64,000 nucleotides of DNA from Candidatus Bathyarchaeota archaeon (GTDB lineage: Archaea; Thermoproteota; Bathyarchaeia; Bathyarchaeales; DTEX01), in NCBI GenBank assembly GCA_963714275.1, contig CAVQNT010000006.1, positions 256,001 through 320,000 on the forward strand, read 5' to 3'. Below the pieces are notes generated by a model. It ran no database searches and was not told the DNA's origin. It was given only the letters and a program-made list of their open reading frames with translations. The position numbers and the translations under genes are program-made. Below are positions 44,145 through 54,327 of the stretch, in pieces (within the stretch, counting starts at the first letter, position 1; the number at the start of each line of letters is the position of its first letter).

Positions 44145-45366
44145 CTACAATGCCATTTGTTGTTCTTTGATAAGTGGCTCGAACCGCCACGAATCCTTGT
44201 TGACGACCATATCGGTCAAGATTTCTTTTGAAACATTCAACGGCAACGAAAGGAAGACTCTCACGACATGTTTGCAGATTCGTTTTTCTTGGCATTGTTT
44301 CGTCCAGTCTTCGCAATTGTGCCTGATTGTCCTGCTTACAGGATCGACGTGGACCTCATATTCTTTCACGTTCGCAGAAACCATCTTTTCCGTCGCCTTC
44401 TGGAAGGACACACTGGTCTGCCTGATTGTTTCCGCCCTGTCAATTCTGCCTGCGTCCGCGAATTCACGGAGAAGCTGCGACAGCCCAAGCTTCATGACCT
44501 CTTTAGGGGATGTTTTAACCATTTCAACTGGGAGTTCAACCTGTTTCCCCGCGATGTAGTCCTGAATCGTCTTCCGAACCTTGGTTTGGAGGCGCGTTGC
44601 CTTGCCAAGCTTCTCCAGAATTTGGATGCAGTTTTCAGGCGCATAACCATGAAAGTGGTTGTTGAAGTAACCATAAACCTTCTTCGTCTTCTCTGCGGCT
44701 TCCTTCACCTTCGGAACCCACTCGTCCAGCTCCTTCTCGCTGTATCTATAATCAAACCACGGTTGGCTGTGTCTCCCGTGCCACCTAAAGTACGCGAAGT
44801 CCGCTGTAAAAACCAGTTTGGGCGGAAGAAGCGGCTCATCCACAATCGTGTAAGCAACATTGTGTTTTCTGAGAAGAGCCCAAGTCTCATCCCGAAGCCA
44901 AGAAACGTTCCTGAACTCGACAGCAAACCTGTAACTTTCAGGCAGCAAAGCCAAAAATCTGCTGAGAGTCTCTATTTCACTAAAACTAAACTCCGGTGGC
45001 AGCTGAATCAGAAGGGGACCAAGCTTGCCAGCTTCGTTCATGGGCTTCATTAATTCTAGAAACCTTTCAAGGTCAGCCTGCACGCCTTTCTCGAGGACAA
45101 GCTTTTTTGTGTGGGTTATCAGCTTCGGCAGCTTCGCAGCGAAAACGAAGTCTTTTGGCGAACCTCGGGTGAGCCCGTAAATCATGCCTGGGTTTGGGTA
45201 GACGTAGAAGGTTGAGTTAATTTCTGAGGTTTTGAAGACCCTCGCGTATTCGCTGAACATCTTTTTTCGTTCAACATAGAACGGTCCGATCCACTCCTCG
45301 TCAGCTCCAGCCTGAAGTGCCAAGGACAACATTGTCTCGGTTGGATTCATCCTCGTCTGAGCTCAA
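44145..45366 (-). CDS. DUF72 protein with C-terminal SWIM-like Zn finger
   Basis: Corrected N-terminus GTSGWSY, EINSTFY, QLPP, EFR, YFNNH; C-terminal HNCEDW...CKH. Confidence 0.85.
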
Positions 45367-45599
45367 GAAACACACCTGCTGATGATTATCTATATACTTT
45401 GAACCAAATTAAGCCTATTCTGTAGGTCGCAGGATATAATTTTTCCTCAAAGACTGTAAAACATCAAAGAAATAGACTTTCACGATTGCATTATTAGATT
45501 TTCAACCTTGTGTTGAGGGCACAATCATCGTTCAGCAATCGGCTTGTTTTTTAAGTTAAAATATGCGTGTTGTCTTTATATTGTGTTCAGAGACAAGGA

Positions 45600-46277
45600 A
45601 TGATGATGGAATCCGTTGATGTCTTTCAGGAAAATCCTCCTTCGGTTCCAATGTTGCTGTTTCCTTCGAGGATACGCAAATATGTGCGGCTGACAGGACC
45701 GCAGGCTCACGAAAGCATAAATAGCCTTGTCACTGAAGTTCCTGGCTCAAAAATACTGTCATCGAGCCAAGGAGAGACCTTGACGACCAAGATGAGGCTA
45801 GACGGGATTTTTGGAGCATCCGTAACCATCAACGTTCTCTCAGAGGGAGAGGTGAGCGCTTTAGACTTCGTTTTCAGCTACAAAAGGGCAATGTCCATCG
45901 CGTTTATAATTGGTACAATTATAATATCGTTAGGACTACTTGTCTTCAGAAACATTCTCACGGTCGTAGGCTTCGCCCTTGTCATACCTTTGATTTTTAA
46001 CGCCAACAATTCAGCGGTCAATTTTTTGGACATACTGAACAAAACCTTGCCCTTCATCGAAAAAGAGGTTGCCCAAAAAGCCTTATCGGCAGACCGCGAA
46101 AGATGGAAAGCCCAACCAAAAGACACTGAGGACCTTTACAGGAGATTAAGCGAAAAACACATCAAAACATGGGGCAACACGAAGGTCTTAGAGTACAAAA
46201 TCGCCGAATACAAGATTCAAGGCTTGACCCTTGACGAGGCAATCAGGAAGACCACTGAAGAAGAAGGCATAAATTAA
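45600..46277 (+). CDS. Hypothetical membrane protein (two TM helices)
   Basis: Long ORF with a central hydrophobic hairpin. Confidence 0.6.
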   Translation: MMMESVDVFQENPPSVPMLLFPSRIRKYVRLTGPQAHESINSLVTEVPGSKILSSSQGETLTTKMRLDGIFGASVTINVLSEGEVSALDFVFSYKRAMSIAFIIGTIIISLGLLVFRNILTVVGFALVIPLIFNANNSAVNFLDILNKTLPFIEKEVAQKALSADRERWKAQPKDTEDLYRRLSEKHIKTWGNTKVLEYKIAEYKIQGLTLDEAIRKTTEEEGIN

Positions 46278-46324
46278 AATCAAAAAACATAGCAAAAAAG
46301 ACGCTTCAGACCACAATTTAGAGG

Positions 46325-47629
46325 TTACGGATAGACTCTGTTGATGAGTCTCGGGAAAGCAACAGCGTCTCTTATGTGTTCGAGTTTGCACATCCACGCG
46401 ATGACCCGTTCAACGCCTAATCCGAATCCTGAATGGGGCACTGAACCGTACCGCCTAAGGTCTACGTACCACCCGTAATCCTTCGGATTAAGGTTCTCCT
46501 CCTCCATCCTTTTCAGCAGTTCGTTTAGATCGTGAATTCTTTGTCCTCCGCCAGTGATTTCCCCGTAGCCTTCGGGAGCTAAAAGGTCAGCTGACAACGT
46601 GACTTCGGGATTTTCGGGGTCAGGTTTATGGTAAAAAGCTTTTATGCCCTTCGGGAAATGCGTAACAAAGAACGGCTTGCTGTATTCTTCGGTTAACTGT
46701 TTTTCCTCAAGCCAGCCAAGGTCGTCTCCGTATTTAATTTGAACCCCCTTCTTTACGAGGATTTCGACAACTTCATCGTAACGGATCCTCTGGAAAGGAG
46801 GCATCATCCTAGAAAGCTCTTCGGGAGGTCTCCCCAAAGCCTTAAGCTCCTTAGACGCCTTTTCAGCTAAGACTTTGAAGACGTGTTCCAGAAGGCTTTC
46901 CTGAACCTTCATCACGCAATCCAAGTCGCACCACGGCGCTTCAGCCTCAAGGTGCCAGTATTCAGTTAGGTGCCTGCGGGTTCTGGACTTCTCCGCCCTG
47001 AACGATGGAGCAAGGGTGTAAATTTTGCCTAAACTCGCTATCGCTGCCTCCGCGTACAGCTGCCAGCTTTGACTTAGGTAGGCTTCTTGCTCGAAATATT
47101 TCACAGAGAAAAGGGTTGAGCCGCCCTCGCAAGCAGCAGTAATCAGCGTCGGAGAGTGGAACTCGGTATACCCGTTTTTTTGGAACCATTCTCTGGCTGC
47201 TTCGAGGAACTTCGCCCTCACGCGGAGAATTGTCTGCATCTTCGGGTTTCTAATCCACAAGTGCCTATTGTCAAGAAGGAACTCTGGACCGTGAAACTTC
47301 TTAGCAATCGGGTAGCTCTCCTCAGCTGACTGTACGACGTTCATGTTTTCGATTCTAAGTTCGTACCCGCCAGGGGCTCGGTGGTCCTCGTAGACTTCGC
47401 CTGTGGACTCCAACGACGATTCCTGGGTCACGTTTTTTGTGGCTTCGAACTTTTCGTCGTCCACTTTACCCTTCTTCATTGTGCACTGGATTAAGCCTGT
47501 TCCGTCGCGTATCATAAAGAAGTGGATGCCACCGCTTGACCGCATGTTGTCAAGCCAGCCGTGGATTTGCACCTTCTCTCCAGTGTGTTGACCAGAAAGA
47601 ATGGACGAAACATCGACGAACCCGTTCAT
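46325..47629 (-). CDS. asnS: Asparagine--tRNA ligase
   Basis: LSQSWQLY, FRAEKSRTRRHLTE, GEITGG, YGSVPHSGFGLG. Confidence 0.92.
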   Translation of the reverse strand: MNGFVDVSSILSGQHTGEKVQIHGWLDNMRSSGGIHFFMIRDGTGLIQCTMKKGKVDDEKFEATKNVTQESSLESTGEVYEDHRAPGGYELRIENMNVVQSAEESYPIAKKFHGPEFLLDNRHLWIRNPKMQTILRVRAKFLEAAREWFQKNGYTEFHSPTLITAACEGGSTLFSVKYFEQEAYLSQSWQLYAEAAIASLGKIYTLAPSFRAEKSRTRRHLTEYWHLEAEAPWCDLDCVMKVQESLLEHVFKVLAEKASKELKALGRPPEELSRMMPPFQRIRYDEVVEILVKKGVQIKYGDDLGWLEEKQLTEEYSKPFFVTHFPKGIKAFYHKPDPENPEVTLSADLLAPEGYGEITGGGQRIHDLNELLKRMEEENLNPKDYGWYVDLRRYGSVPHSGFGLGVERVIAWMCKLEHIRDAVAFPRLINRVYP

Positions 47630-47729
47630 GACAGACCCTCAAGACCGCAAATTAACAAAATGTATCTCAAGGGCTTCTAAAAGATTTTTCTAATACAGTC
47701 TCAGTTCTTAACCATGTTTCTTCTCGAAG

Positions 47730-48407
47730 TTAAGCTGTTTCGTCAGGCTTCTTCGCTGCCTTGTACAACTTTTTTTCGTAGGCGCTTTTTGGCTTGAACT
47801 TGCCCCTGTAAGTTCTTGGAGCAGACCTTTGTTTTTCAATGTTTTTGTACCGTGCCAGATTCTTAGCCACCTTCGTCTTAGACGGAGCCAACGGCTTTCG
47901 TGGTCGACGTTTAAGGGCTAAAGCCTTGAAAGCAGGTGAAATGGGTTTACGTCTTTGCCGTTTCTTCGGAACATCAGATGACGTTGGCTTCTCCTTCCTG
48001 AAGGATGCCTCCTTTATTGCTAAATTAACTTTTTCAACTTTCCAGCCAACTGTCAACCACGCTTCGGATGGCGAACGGTTCAAGCTGTTGTTCCACCAGC
48101 GTTCGTTGTCGTAGGCAGAATAGGGCAGCTTGTCACCGAGTATGTCCTCAATATACTTGAACGAAAGAGTCACGAAATTCGAATATTGTGCCCTTCGGAC
48201 GAAAAATTTACTTAGCGGGGCGTATTTGCTTCGTGGAGCTGCGGGCATAAGCCTTCGTTTGGCGCATCCTAGGCACGTTGGCTTCCCTTCCTCGTCATAG
48301 ATGAGGCAGTTCCTGCAATACAGCCTTCTGCATCTGTTGCATCGGGAGAGGGCATAGTACGGGAATGTTACGCCGCAAAGTGAACAGTCTTCTTCAATCA
48401 CAACCAT
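47730..48407 (-). CDS. Zn-finger protein with basic C-terminal tail
   Basis: Four CxxC pairs, then YAPL..F, LP.SA...WW.N, AW...GW. Confidence 0.65.
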   Translation of the reverse strand: MVVIEEDCSLCGVTFPYYALSRCNRCRRLYCRNCLIYDEEGKPTCLGCAKRRLMPAAPRSKYAPLSKFFVRRAQYSNFVTLSFKYIEDILGDKLPYSAYDNERWWNNSLNRSPSEAWLTVGWKVEKVNLAIKEASFRKEKPTSSDVPKKRQRRKPISPAFKALALKRRPRKPLAPSKTKVAKNLARYKNIEKQRSAPRTYRGKFKPKSAYEKKLYKAAKKPDETA

Positions 48408-48631
48408 GACAACGACACGAAGCCTTTCTGCAATCCATAAAAAGATTGCGCAGCAACGAGATAAAGGTTCAGTTACTAATGCCTCTTGAAAACAATTGGA
48501 TTAAGGCAGCGGAAGACCTTCTCGGTTCCAGTCATAATAGGAAATAAAGGTTCAAATCTATGTGTTTGAAGGAAAACTGTTAAATTGTAAAAATATGAAA
48601 CTGTTGAACGATTGTCTGGAGAGGGTCTGAT

Positions 48632-49666
48632 TTGGAAAAGGTTGTAACTTTTGGAGAAGTCATGCTTAGGCTCACGCCGCCCAATTTTCTAAGGTTCGTT
48701 CAGGCGAGGTCTTTCGACGCAATCTATGGCGGAGGAGAAGCCAACGTTGCCATGGCTTTAGCCCAATTCGGCGTTCCCGTGGACTACGTAACAAGGCTTC
48801 CAGCCAACGCGGTTGGAGACGCCTGCCTAAACTACATGAGGCAATACGATGTTGGAACAGGCAAAATAGTGCGTGGAGGAGAAAGACTCGGTATATACTT
48901 CATGGAGATGGGTGCAGCTCAGCGGGGAAGCGAAGTAATCTACGACCGCGCAAACTCGTCTCTAGCGACCATCGAACCCGGAATGGTGAACTGGGACGCA
49001 ATTTTCTCCGACGCGTGCTGGTTCCATTGGACTGGAATCACACCCGCAATTAGCAAAGGTGCAGCGGAAACGTGCCTCGAAGCCGCCAAAAAAGCTAAGG
49101 AGAAGGGTCTAACGGTTTCCTGCGACCTGAACTACCGGGCAAAGCTTTGGAAGTGGGGAAAGACCGCGACTGAAGTTATGACTGAGCTCGTAAAATATGC
49201 TGACATAGCGGTATGCAACGAGGAAGACGCGGAGAAAGTGTTCGGCATCAAGGCGGCGGGCGTTGACGTTTTGAAGGGCAAGGTTGAGGCTGAAAAATAC
49301 CTTTACGTTGCACAAAAGTTGATGGAGGGTTTCCCTAACCTCAGCAAAGTTGCCATCACGCTGCGGGGAAGCATCAGCGCAAGCCACAACACGTGGTCAG
49401 GCTTACTTTACGACGGAAAAGCCTTCCTTTTAGCCCCAACTTACGACATAACCAACATCGTTGACAGAGTAGGAGGCGGAGACTCCTTCGCAGCTGGCTT
49501 AATCTACGGAATCCTCAAGTTTGGTGGCGACCTTCAGAAGGCTCTGAACTTCGCTGTGGCTGCCTCGTGCCTCAAACACACGGTTTTCGGGGACTCAAAC
49601 ATTGCCTCGATTGTTGAGGTTGAGAAGATAATGTCCGGAATAGTTTCGGGCAGGGTTTCAAGGTAA
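48632..49666 (+). CDS. kdgK: 2-keto-3-deoxygluconate kinase (PfkB family)
   Basis: FGEVMLRL, GGGEANVA, DLNYRAKLW, DRVGGGDSF. Confidence 0.9.
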   Translation: MEKVVTFGEVMLRLTPPNFLRFVQARSFDAIYGGGEANVAMALAQFGVPVDYVTRLPANAVGDACLNYMRQYDVGTGKIVRGGERLGIYFMEMGAAQRGSEVIYDRANSSLATIEPGMVNWDAIFSDACWFHWTGITPAISKGAAETCLEAAKKAKEKGLTVSCDLNYRAKLWKWGKTATEVMTELVKYADIAVCNEEDAEKVFGIKAAGVDVLKGKVEAEKYLYVAQKLMEGFPNLSKVAITLRGSISASHNTWSGLLYDGKAFLLAPTYDITNIVDRVGGGDSFAAGLIYGILKFGGDLQKALNFAVAASCLKHTVFGDSNIASIVEVEKIMSGIVSGRVSR

Positions 49667-49688
49667 CAGAAAAATTGAAGGTGGTTTT

Positions 49689-50708
49689 GTGGCGAAATTC
49701 ATGAAACATGTTGTCGTTGGAAAAATATTGGAGCTCGGTTTAGTGCCTGTTTTCTACCAAGATGATTTGGAAACAGCGAAAAAAATCGTTCAGGCGTGCG
49801 TGGACAGCGGACAGAAAGTCGTCGAATTCACTAACAGAGGAGATTTTGCCTACCAGGTCTTCGCAGAGCTAGCAAAATGGGTCAACACGCAATTCAAAGA
49901 CATCATCATAGGCGTGGGTTCAGTCATCGACCCCGTCACAGCTGTACTTTACATCAACAGCGGAGCTAACTTCGTTGTCGGACCAGTTTTTAACCCAGAA
50001 ATCGCAAAGGTCTGCAACCGCCGTAAAGTGCCGTACTCGCCAGGATGCGGAAGTGCATCAGAAATTTCGGAGGCTGAGGAGATGGGAAGCGACATAGTCA
50101 AGGTTTTCCCAGGTGAGGAAGTTGGCGGTCCAGCCTTCATCAAAAACCTGCTTGCCCCATGCCCGTGGGTTAAGCTGATGCCGACTGGAGGAGTAGACAC
50201 TACGCGTGAAAGCATTTCGGAATGGATCAAAGCCGGAGCAGCTGCCCTAGGCATAGGGTCGAAACTGATTTCTAAGGAGCTCGTCGCCGCAGGCGATTTC
50301 GAAGCCATATCAAAGAAGACTGAACAGTGCCTCTGGTGGATAAAGGAAGCGAGAGGAACCCCGCTGTTTCTGGGAATCGAGCATCCAGGTCTCTACCCCG
50401 ACAAAGTGTCCGCTGAAGAAATTACGAACTGGTATGCAGAAATCTTTAAGTTCAATAAGACAGAGGGAAACTCATCCTTCTTCCTTTCTGGTCAAGGAAC
50501 AGGAAGAATCGAAATCATGAAGAAACCTGAGCCCATTAAATGCCACATTGCAGTGCGAGTTTCAAATTTCGAAGAAGCCTGCAAACAACTGCGGGACAAA
50601 GGCGTCGAACTCGAAGAACCCAAAATCAGCAAAACAGCCAAAGCCATATACCTAAAAGAACCGGACCCAGCGGGAAACAGAGTCCACTTGCTCTATATGG
50701 CTCCATAA
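49689..50708 (+). CDS. eda: KDPG/KHG aldolase fused to a C-terminal VOC (glyoxalase-like) domain
   Basis: EFTNR, KVFPG, MPTGGV; then GIEHPG...RIEIM...HIAV...DPAGNRVH. Confidence 0.85.
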   Translation: MAKFMKHVVVGKILELGLVPVFYQDDLETAKKIVQACVDSGQKVVEFTNRGDFAYQVFAELAKWVNTQFKDIIIGVGSVIDPVTAVLYINSGANFVVGPVFNPEIAKVCNRRKVPYSPGCGSASEISEAEEMGSDIVKVFPGEEVGGPAFIKNLLAPCPWVKLMPTGGVDTTRESISEWIKAGAAALGIGSKLISKELVAAGDFEAISKKTEQCLWWIKEARGTPLFLGIEHPGLYPDKVSAEEITNWYAEIFKFNKTEGNSSFFLSGQGTGRIEIMKKPEPIKCHIAVRVSNFEEACKQLRDKGVELEEPKISKTAKAIYLKEPDPAGNRVHLLYMAP

Positions 50709-50735
50709 AATTCCAAAATTTTCCTTTTTTGTGAA

Positions 50736-51485
50736 TTAACAACCTAAAACTAACAGTTTGTCTTCGATGTCTCCACAAATTTCTTTCAGGGCTACGCTGA
50801 ATTTTGTTTCCAACAGTCCTTCAATGTTTCCGATGTTTTCCTCAAGTCCAGAATCATAGGGAACAGCACCCAAATAGCAGATGCCCTTAAGTTCGACTTG
50901 TTGCTTTATCCATGACGAATCATTTACCTGCATGTTCTCTACGACACCAAGCACTGGAACTTTGGATTCTTTCAGCAGGTCGACGAGTTTTCTGACCGTT
51001 TCGAAAGCGAGCTTAGAGGGAGTCGTGACCACAAGGAACTTTACGTTTTTAACGAACCGAAGCAGGTCCAACGTGACATCGCCTAATCCGGGCGGCATGT
51101 CTAAGACGAGAAAGTCCAGTTTCCCCCACTTTATCACTGCCAATAACTCAATCAAAACATCGGTTGTTTCGAAGCCTCTTAATGGTGAGGCGTGTTCAGC
51201 GGAATAGTATACAACCGACATGTAATGTAGACCGTGAACATTCGGAGGAACAATGCCTTTTTTCTCTTTCGGTTTTTTTTCCCCAATGTCTAGAACGATG
51301 TGCGACGATGGGCTTGTAAAGTCAAGGTCCAAAAATCCAATCTTGTAGCCTTTGCGAGCAAGAGTCAAGGCTAGGACTGATGCAACGAGGCTTTTTCCTA
51401 CGCCTCCTTTCCCGCTTAAGACTGCGATTATGTTCTTGATACTCTTTAAACGCTTGTCAATAATTGCTGTTCTGGGGTCGCTCAA
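50736..51485 (-). CDS. Mrp/NBP35 family ATPase
   Basis: SGKGGVGKS, DMPPGLGD, VVENM; follows hypA. Confidence 0.9.
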   Translation of the reverse strand: MSDPRTAIIDKRLKSIKNIIAVLSGKGGVGKSLVASVLALTLARKGYKIGFLDLDFTSPSSHIVLDIGEKKPKEKKGIVPPNVHGLHYMSVVYYSAEHASPLRGFETTDVLIELLAVIKWGKLDFLVLDMPPGLGDVTLDLLRFVKNVKFLVVTTPSKLAFETVRKLVDLLKESKVPVLGVVENMQVNDSSWIKQQVELKGICYLGAVPYDSGLEENIGNIEGLLETKFSVALKEICGDIEDKLLVLGC

Positions 51486-51886
51486 TGTTGTTTTTCGCCT
51501 TTTACGCTTTGTATCCAGACTCCTCGTCCACGTTCAACCTCGAAATCTGGGCTGCTGCAAACTGGGCATCTAACGTATGCGTGGGCAATTTCTGGAACAA
51601 AATGGATAGCCTCCTTCGCGGATTCGTCCAACCCAGTTTTACTGAAGGACCACTTGTGTCCGCAATTCCTGCATTTCAGCCTTGCACGCGTCTTTGTGAC
51701 ATTGACCCTTGCGTTCTTTAGTTTACCCGAGAAAAGCTGCGAAAGGGCAAACTTGAAAATCCCAAGGTCTACCTGCTGGAGCTCCCCAAGCTTGAGGTTG
51801 ATGGCTGAAACCATTTTAAGCCCTTCTTTCTCAGCCAGGTTAGAGACTGCGGAAACGACTGCTTCAGCGAGAGCCCACTCGTGCAT
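51482..51886 (-). CDS. hypA: Hydrogenase nickel incorporation protein HypA
   Basis: MHEWALA, CRNC, CPVC, GRG. Confidence 0.95.
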   Translation of the reverse strand: MHEWALAEAVVSAVSNLAEKEGLKMVSAINLKLGELQQVDLGIFKFALSQLFSGKLKNARVNVTKTRARLKCRNCGHKWSFSKTGLDESAKEAIHFVPEIAHAYVRCPVCSSPDFEVERGRGVWIQSVKGEKQH

Positions 51887-51942
51887 ATGGGAGAATTGGG
51901 TCCACTTTATTTAAGGATATGCCGTCGATGTGTTGCGGATTT

Positions 51943-52740
51943 TCAGGTGTTCTTCTTCGCCTTTTTGGCTTCGACGACTATTTTCTCCGCTTCCTTTTTT
52001 ATTGTCCCGCTTTCTTCTCGGTGTTTACCCAGTGCAAGCTGCCTTCTCACGACTTCCCGTTCGATCAGCCTTTCTTTGATGGTTACTTCCATGATGCTCG
52101 CTGTTTTTGTTTGTGCCCATTGAACAGGAACAACAATCGACACAGGCTTCTCCCCCTCTGTGCGAGTAGGCTTAGCTAATGGAAGGAACGGTTCCTTGAT
52201 GAATGGTTTGACTGCTTTGGCTTTTCGCGCCTTCTTTCTTGCGACCGCTTTCTTTGACGGCTTCACAGGGGCTTTGGTCGGTTTCCTTTTTTTGGTTTTC
52301 TTTGTCGCCTTATTTATTAATCCGATTTTTTCAGCATGTTTTTTGACTTTTTGGTTAGATAGAACCTTGAGTACTTTGACAATGTCTTTCTTTTTGATTA
52401 CCTTCTTGACCCAAAATAAAGTGGACTTTTCTAGGAGGACTCCGGTTTCCTTCGCCAATTGTTGCAGTTGACGGGTGCTCATTATGTAAAGCAGCTCTTC
52501 TTTCGTAAGCCGATTTATGCCCAGCAGTTCGATGATGTCGGATTCTCTGAACTCTGAAGCGACAAGAACGTCTTTGGCTTCCTCTTTTGACCTTGCCTTC
52601 TGAACATTGCCGTAGGCGTCCTCTTTCTGAAGCATAATACCGTTCCATTGGGCAAGAAGTCTAAGATCATCTAAGCTCAATCTACTCAGTAGTTCCCATG
52701 TTGATTCAAAATCTGCCAGTTTAGCTGAAACGGACAACAA
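51943..52740 (-). CDS. Hypothetical basic protein with helical repeats and K/A/P-rich linker
   Basis: 265-aa ORF; KATKKTKKRKPTKAPVKPSKKAVARKKARKAKAVK. Confidence 0.65.
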   Translation of the reverse strand: MLSVSAKLADFESTWELLSRLSLDDLRLLAQWNGIMLQKEDAYGNVQKARSKEEAKDVLVASEFRESDIIELLGINRLTKEELLYIMSTRQLQQLAKETGVLLEKSTLFWVKKVIKKKDIVKVLKVLSNQKVKKHAEKIGLINKATKKTKKRKPTKAPVKPSKKAVARKKARKAKAVKPFIKEPFLPLAKPTRTEGEKPVSIVVPVQWAQTKTASIMEVTIKERLIEREVVRRQLALGKHREESGTIKKEAEKIVVEAKKAKKNT

Positions 52741-52850
52741 CTATCCCCAAACAGAATTATTAGAATCTATAGATACAAAAGCCTTATGGATTTCGGTTAG
52801 TTCCATATTGTTGAGAAAAACAGCTTAAAACTTCGGAGGTAACGGACAAA

Positions 52851-53927
52851 ATGGTCGCAAAAGGTGAACAAATAACGATGCTGCATGGAGCAGGCGGCTC
52901 CGTCATGCATGACCTAATTCTAAATTATGTCGTAAAATATCTAGGAAAAACAAAGGCTCCAAGGTTCGCTGAGGTGCCTTTGAGTGCTTTGGCTGACGCA
53001 GCGGTCGTAGACGGCATTGTGTTGAAAAGCGATTCTCACGCGGTTAAGCCTATCTTTTTTCCCGGCGGAGACATTGGACGGTTAGCTGTTTCGGGCACAG
53101 TGAACGACATCTCGGTTCTGGGAGCTGAACCTGTCGCGTTGGCTTGCGGTCTCATCTTGGAGGAGGGTCTCCGTTTGGCTGACCTTGAACGAATCCTAGC
53201 AAGCATGAGAGACGCCTGTGTTGAGGCTGGGGTTGGAATTGTTACAGGCGACACTAAGGTCGTTGAGAAGGGTAGTCTCGGAGGATGCGTAATCAATGTT
53301 TCGGGGTTTGGTAGACGAAGCGACGCCCTCGAAAAGAACATGGCGGTCGTGAAAAGGTTCAAAAAAACCTTCAACAGCCGATGGATTCTTGACCAAAACC
53401 TTTCAGCTGGCGACAAAATAATCGTTTCAGGCACCATAGGCGACCACGGATTAGCTGTTTTTTCAGCTCAGGAAGGCTTAAGCTTCGGAAGCGGAATAAA
53501 GTCTGACGTTAAACCGCTGAACCGTCTGATTAAACGTTTGCTTGGAGAAGTAGGCGGCGTCGTTTCAATGAAGGACCCGACCCGTGGGGGACTGGCTGAT
53601 GCACTAAACGAGTTCAGCGACAAATCAGGCGTCGGTATACTCCTCGAAGAAGGGAAGGTTCCGATTCGGGAAGACGTCAAGGCAGCCTGCGAAATGCTGG
53701 GTCTGGACCCATTCGAGGTGGGCAATGAAGGAAAAATCATAATTGGCGTGGTCAAAGAAAAAGCGGAGAACCTTTTAGACTTGTTGCGGTCAACCGAGGA
53801 AGGAAAAGGCGCCGAGATCATCGGTGAAGCAACAGCACAATTCAAAGGCGTCGCCATGCAAACCGCGGTAGGCGGAAAAAGAATTGTTGCGAGGCCAGTT
53901 GGGGACCCTGTTCCTCGAATATGCTAG
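52851..53927 (+). CDS. hypE: Hydrogenase maturation protein HypE
   Basis: HGAGG, FPGGDIG.LAV.GTVND, DPTRGG, C-terminal PRIC. Confidence 0.96.
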   Translation: MVAKGEQITMLHGAGGSVMHDLILNYVVKYLGKTKAPRFAEVPLSALADAAVVDGIVLKSDSHAVKPIFFPGGDIGRLAVSGTVNDISVLGAEPVALACGLILEEGLRLADLERILASMRDACVEAGVGIVTGDTKVVEKGSLGGCVINVSGFGRRSDALEKNMAVVKRFKKTFNSRWILDQNLSAGDKIIVSGTIGDHGLAVFSAQEGLSFGSGIKSDVKPLNRLIKRLLGEVGGVVSMKDPTRGGLADALNEFSDKSGVGILLEEGKVPIREDVKAACEMLGLDPFEVGNEGKIIIGVVKEKAENLLDLLRSTEEGKGAEIIGEATAQFKGVAMQTAVGGKRIVARPVGDPVPRIC

Positions 53928-54125
53928 CTTTTATAATATTTGATTGTCAAGAGCAAAAGTCTTATTTGAACTATGATAGAGCAATCATAGAACAAGTGGT
54001 GATATCTCCCGCACCCCCCCTTTTTTTGTTTTCTTCGTTGTGAAGGTCTTTTCTGTTTCTGGTAGGGCAGATTCTTCCGTAGCCACTGAGATCAACAATT
54101 CTCAGGAGGGGAGATGGTATGAAAA

Positions 54126-54323
54126 ATGACTGAAGCTATTGTCAGACTTGTTGTCAGACGGACTTATCGAGGCGTCCCCTATAACGTTAATGCGTGCCTG
54201 CAAAGCCTAACCAGCGTTGAGCCCGTGATGGCTGTTGTTGGCCAGATTGAAGCATTCATCGACCACGCAATCCAGAAACAAAGTATGGAAGAGAAGGGCT
54301 TCCAGGCGGAGTATGTAACATAA
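54126..54323 (+). CDS. Small hypothetical protein
   Basis: 65-aa ORF with purine-rich SD upstream; first of a tightly packed run. Confidence 0.5.
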   Translation: MTEAIVRLVVRRTYRGVPYNVNACLQSLTSVEPVMAVVGQIEAFIDHAIQKQSMEEKGFQAEYVT

Positions 54324-54327
54324 TAGG

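Noticed and set aside
53996-54020. tRNA-derived att site before the small-ORF cluster
   Set aside because: Only superficial resemblance to a tRNA 3' end; no matching second copy or integrase in the window.
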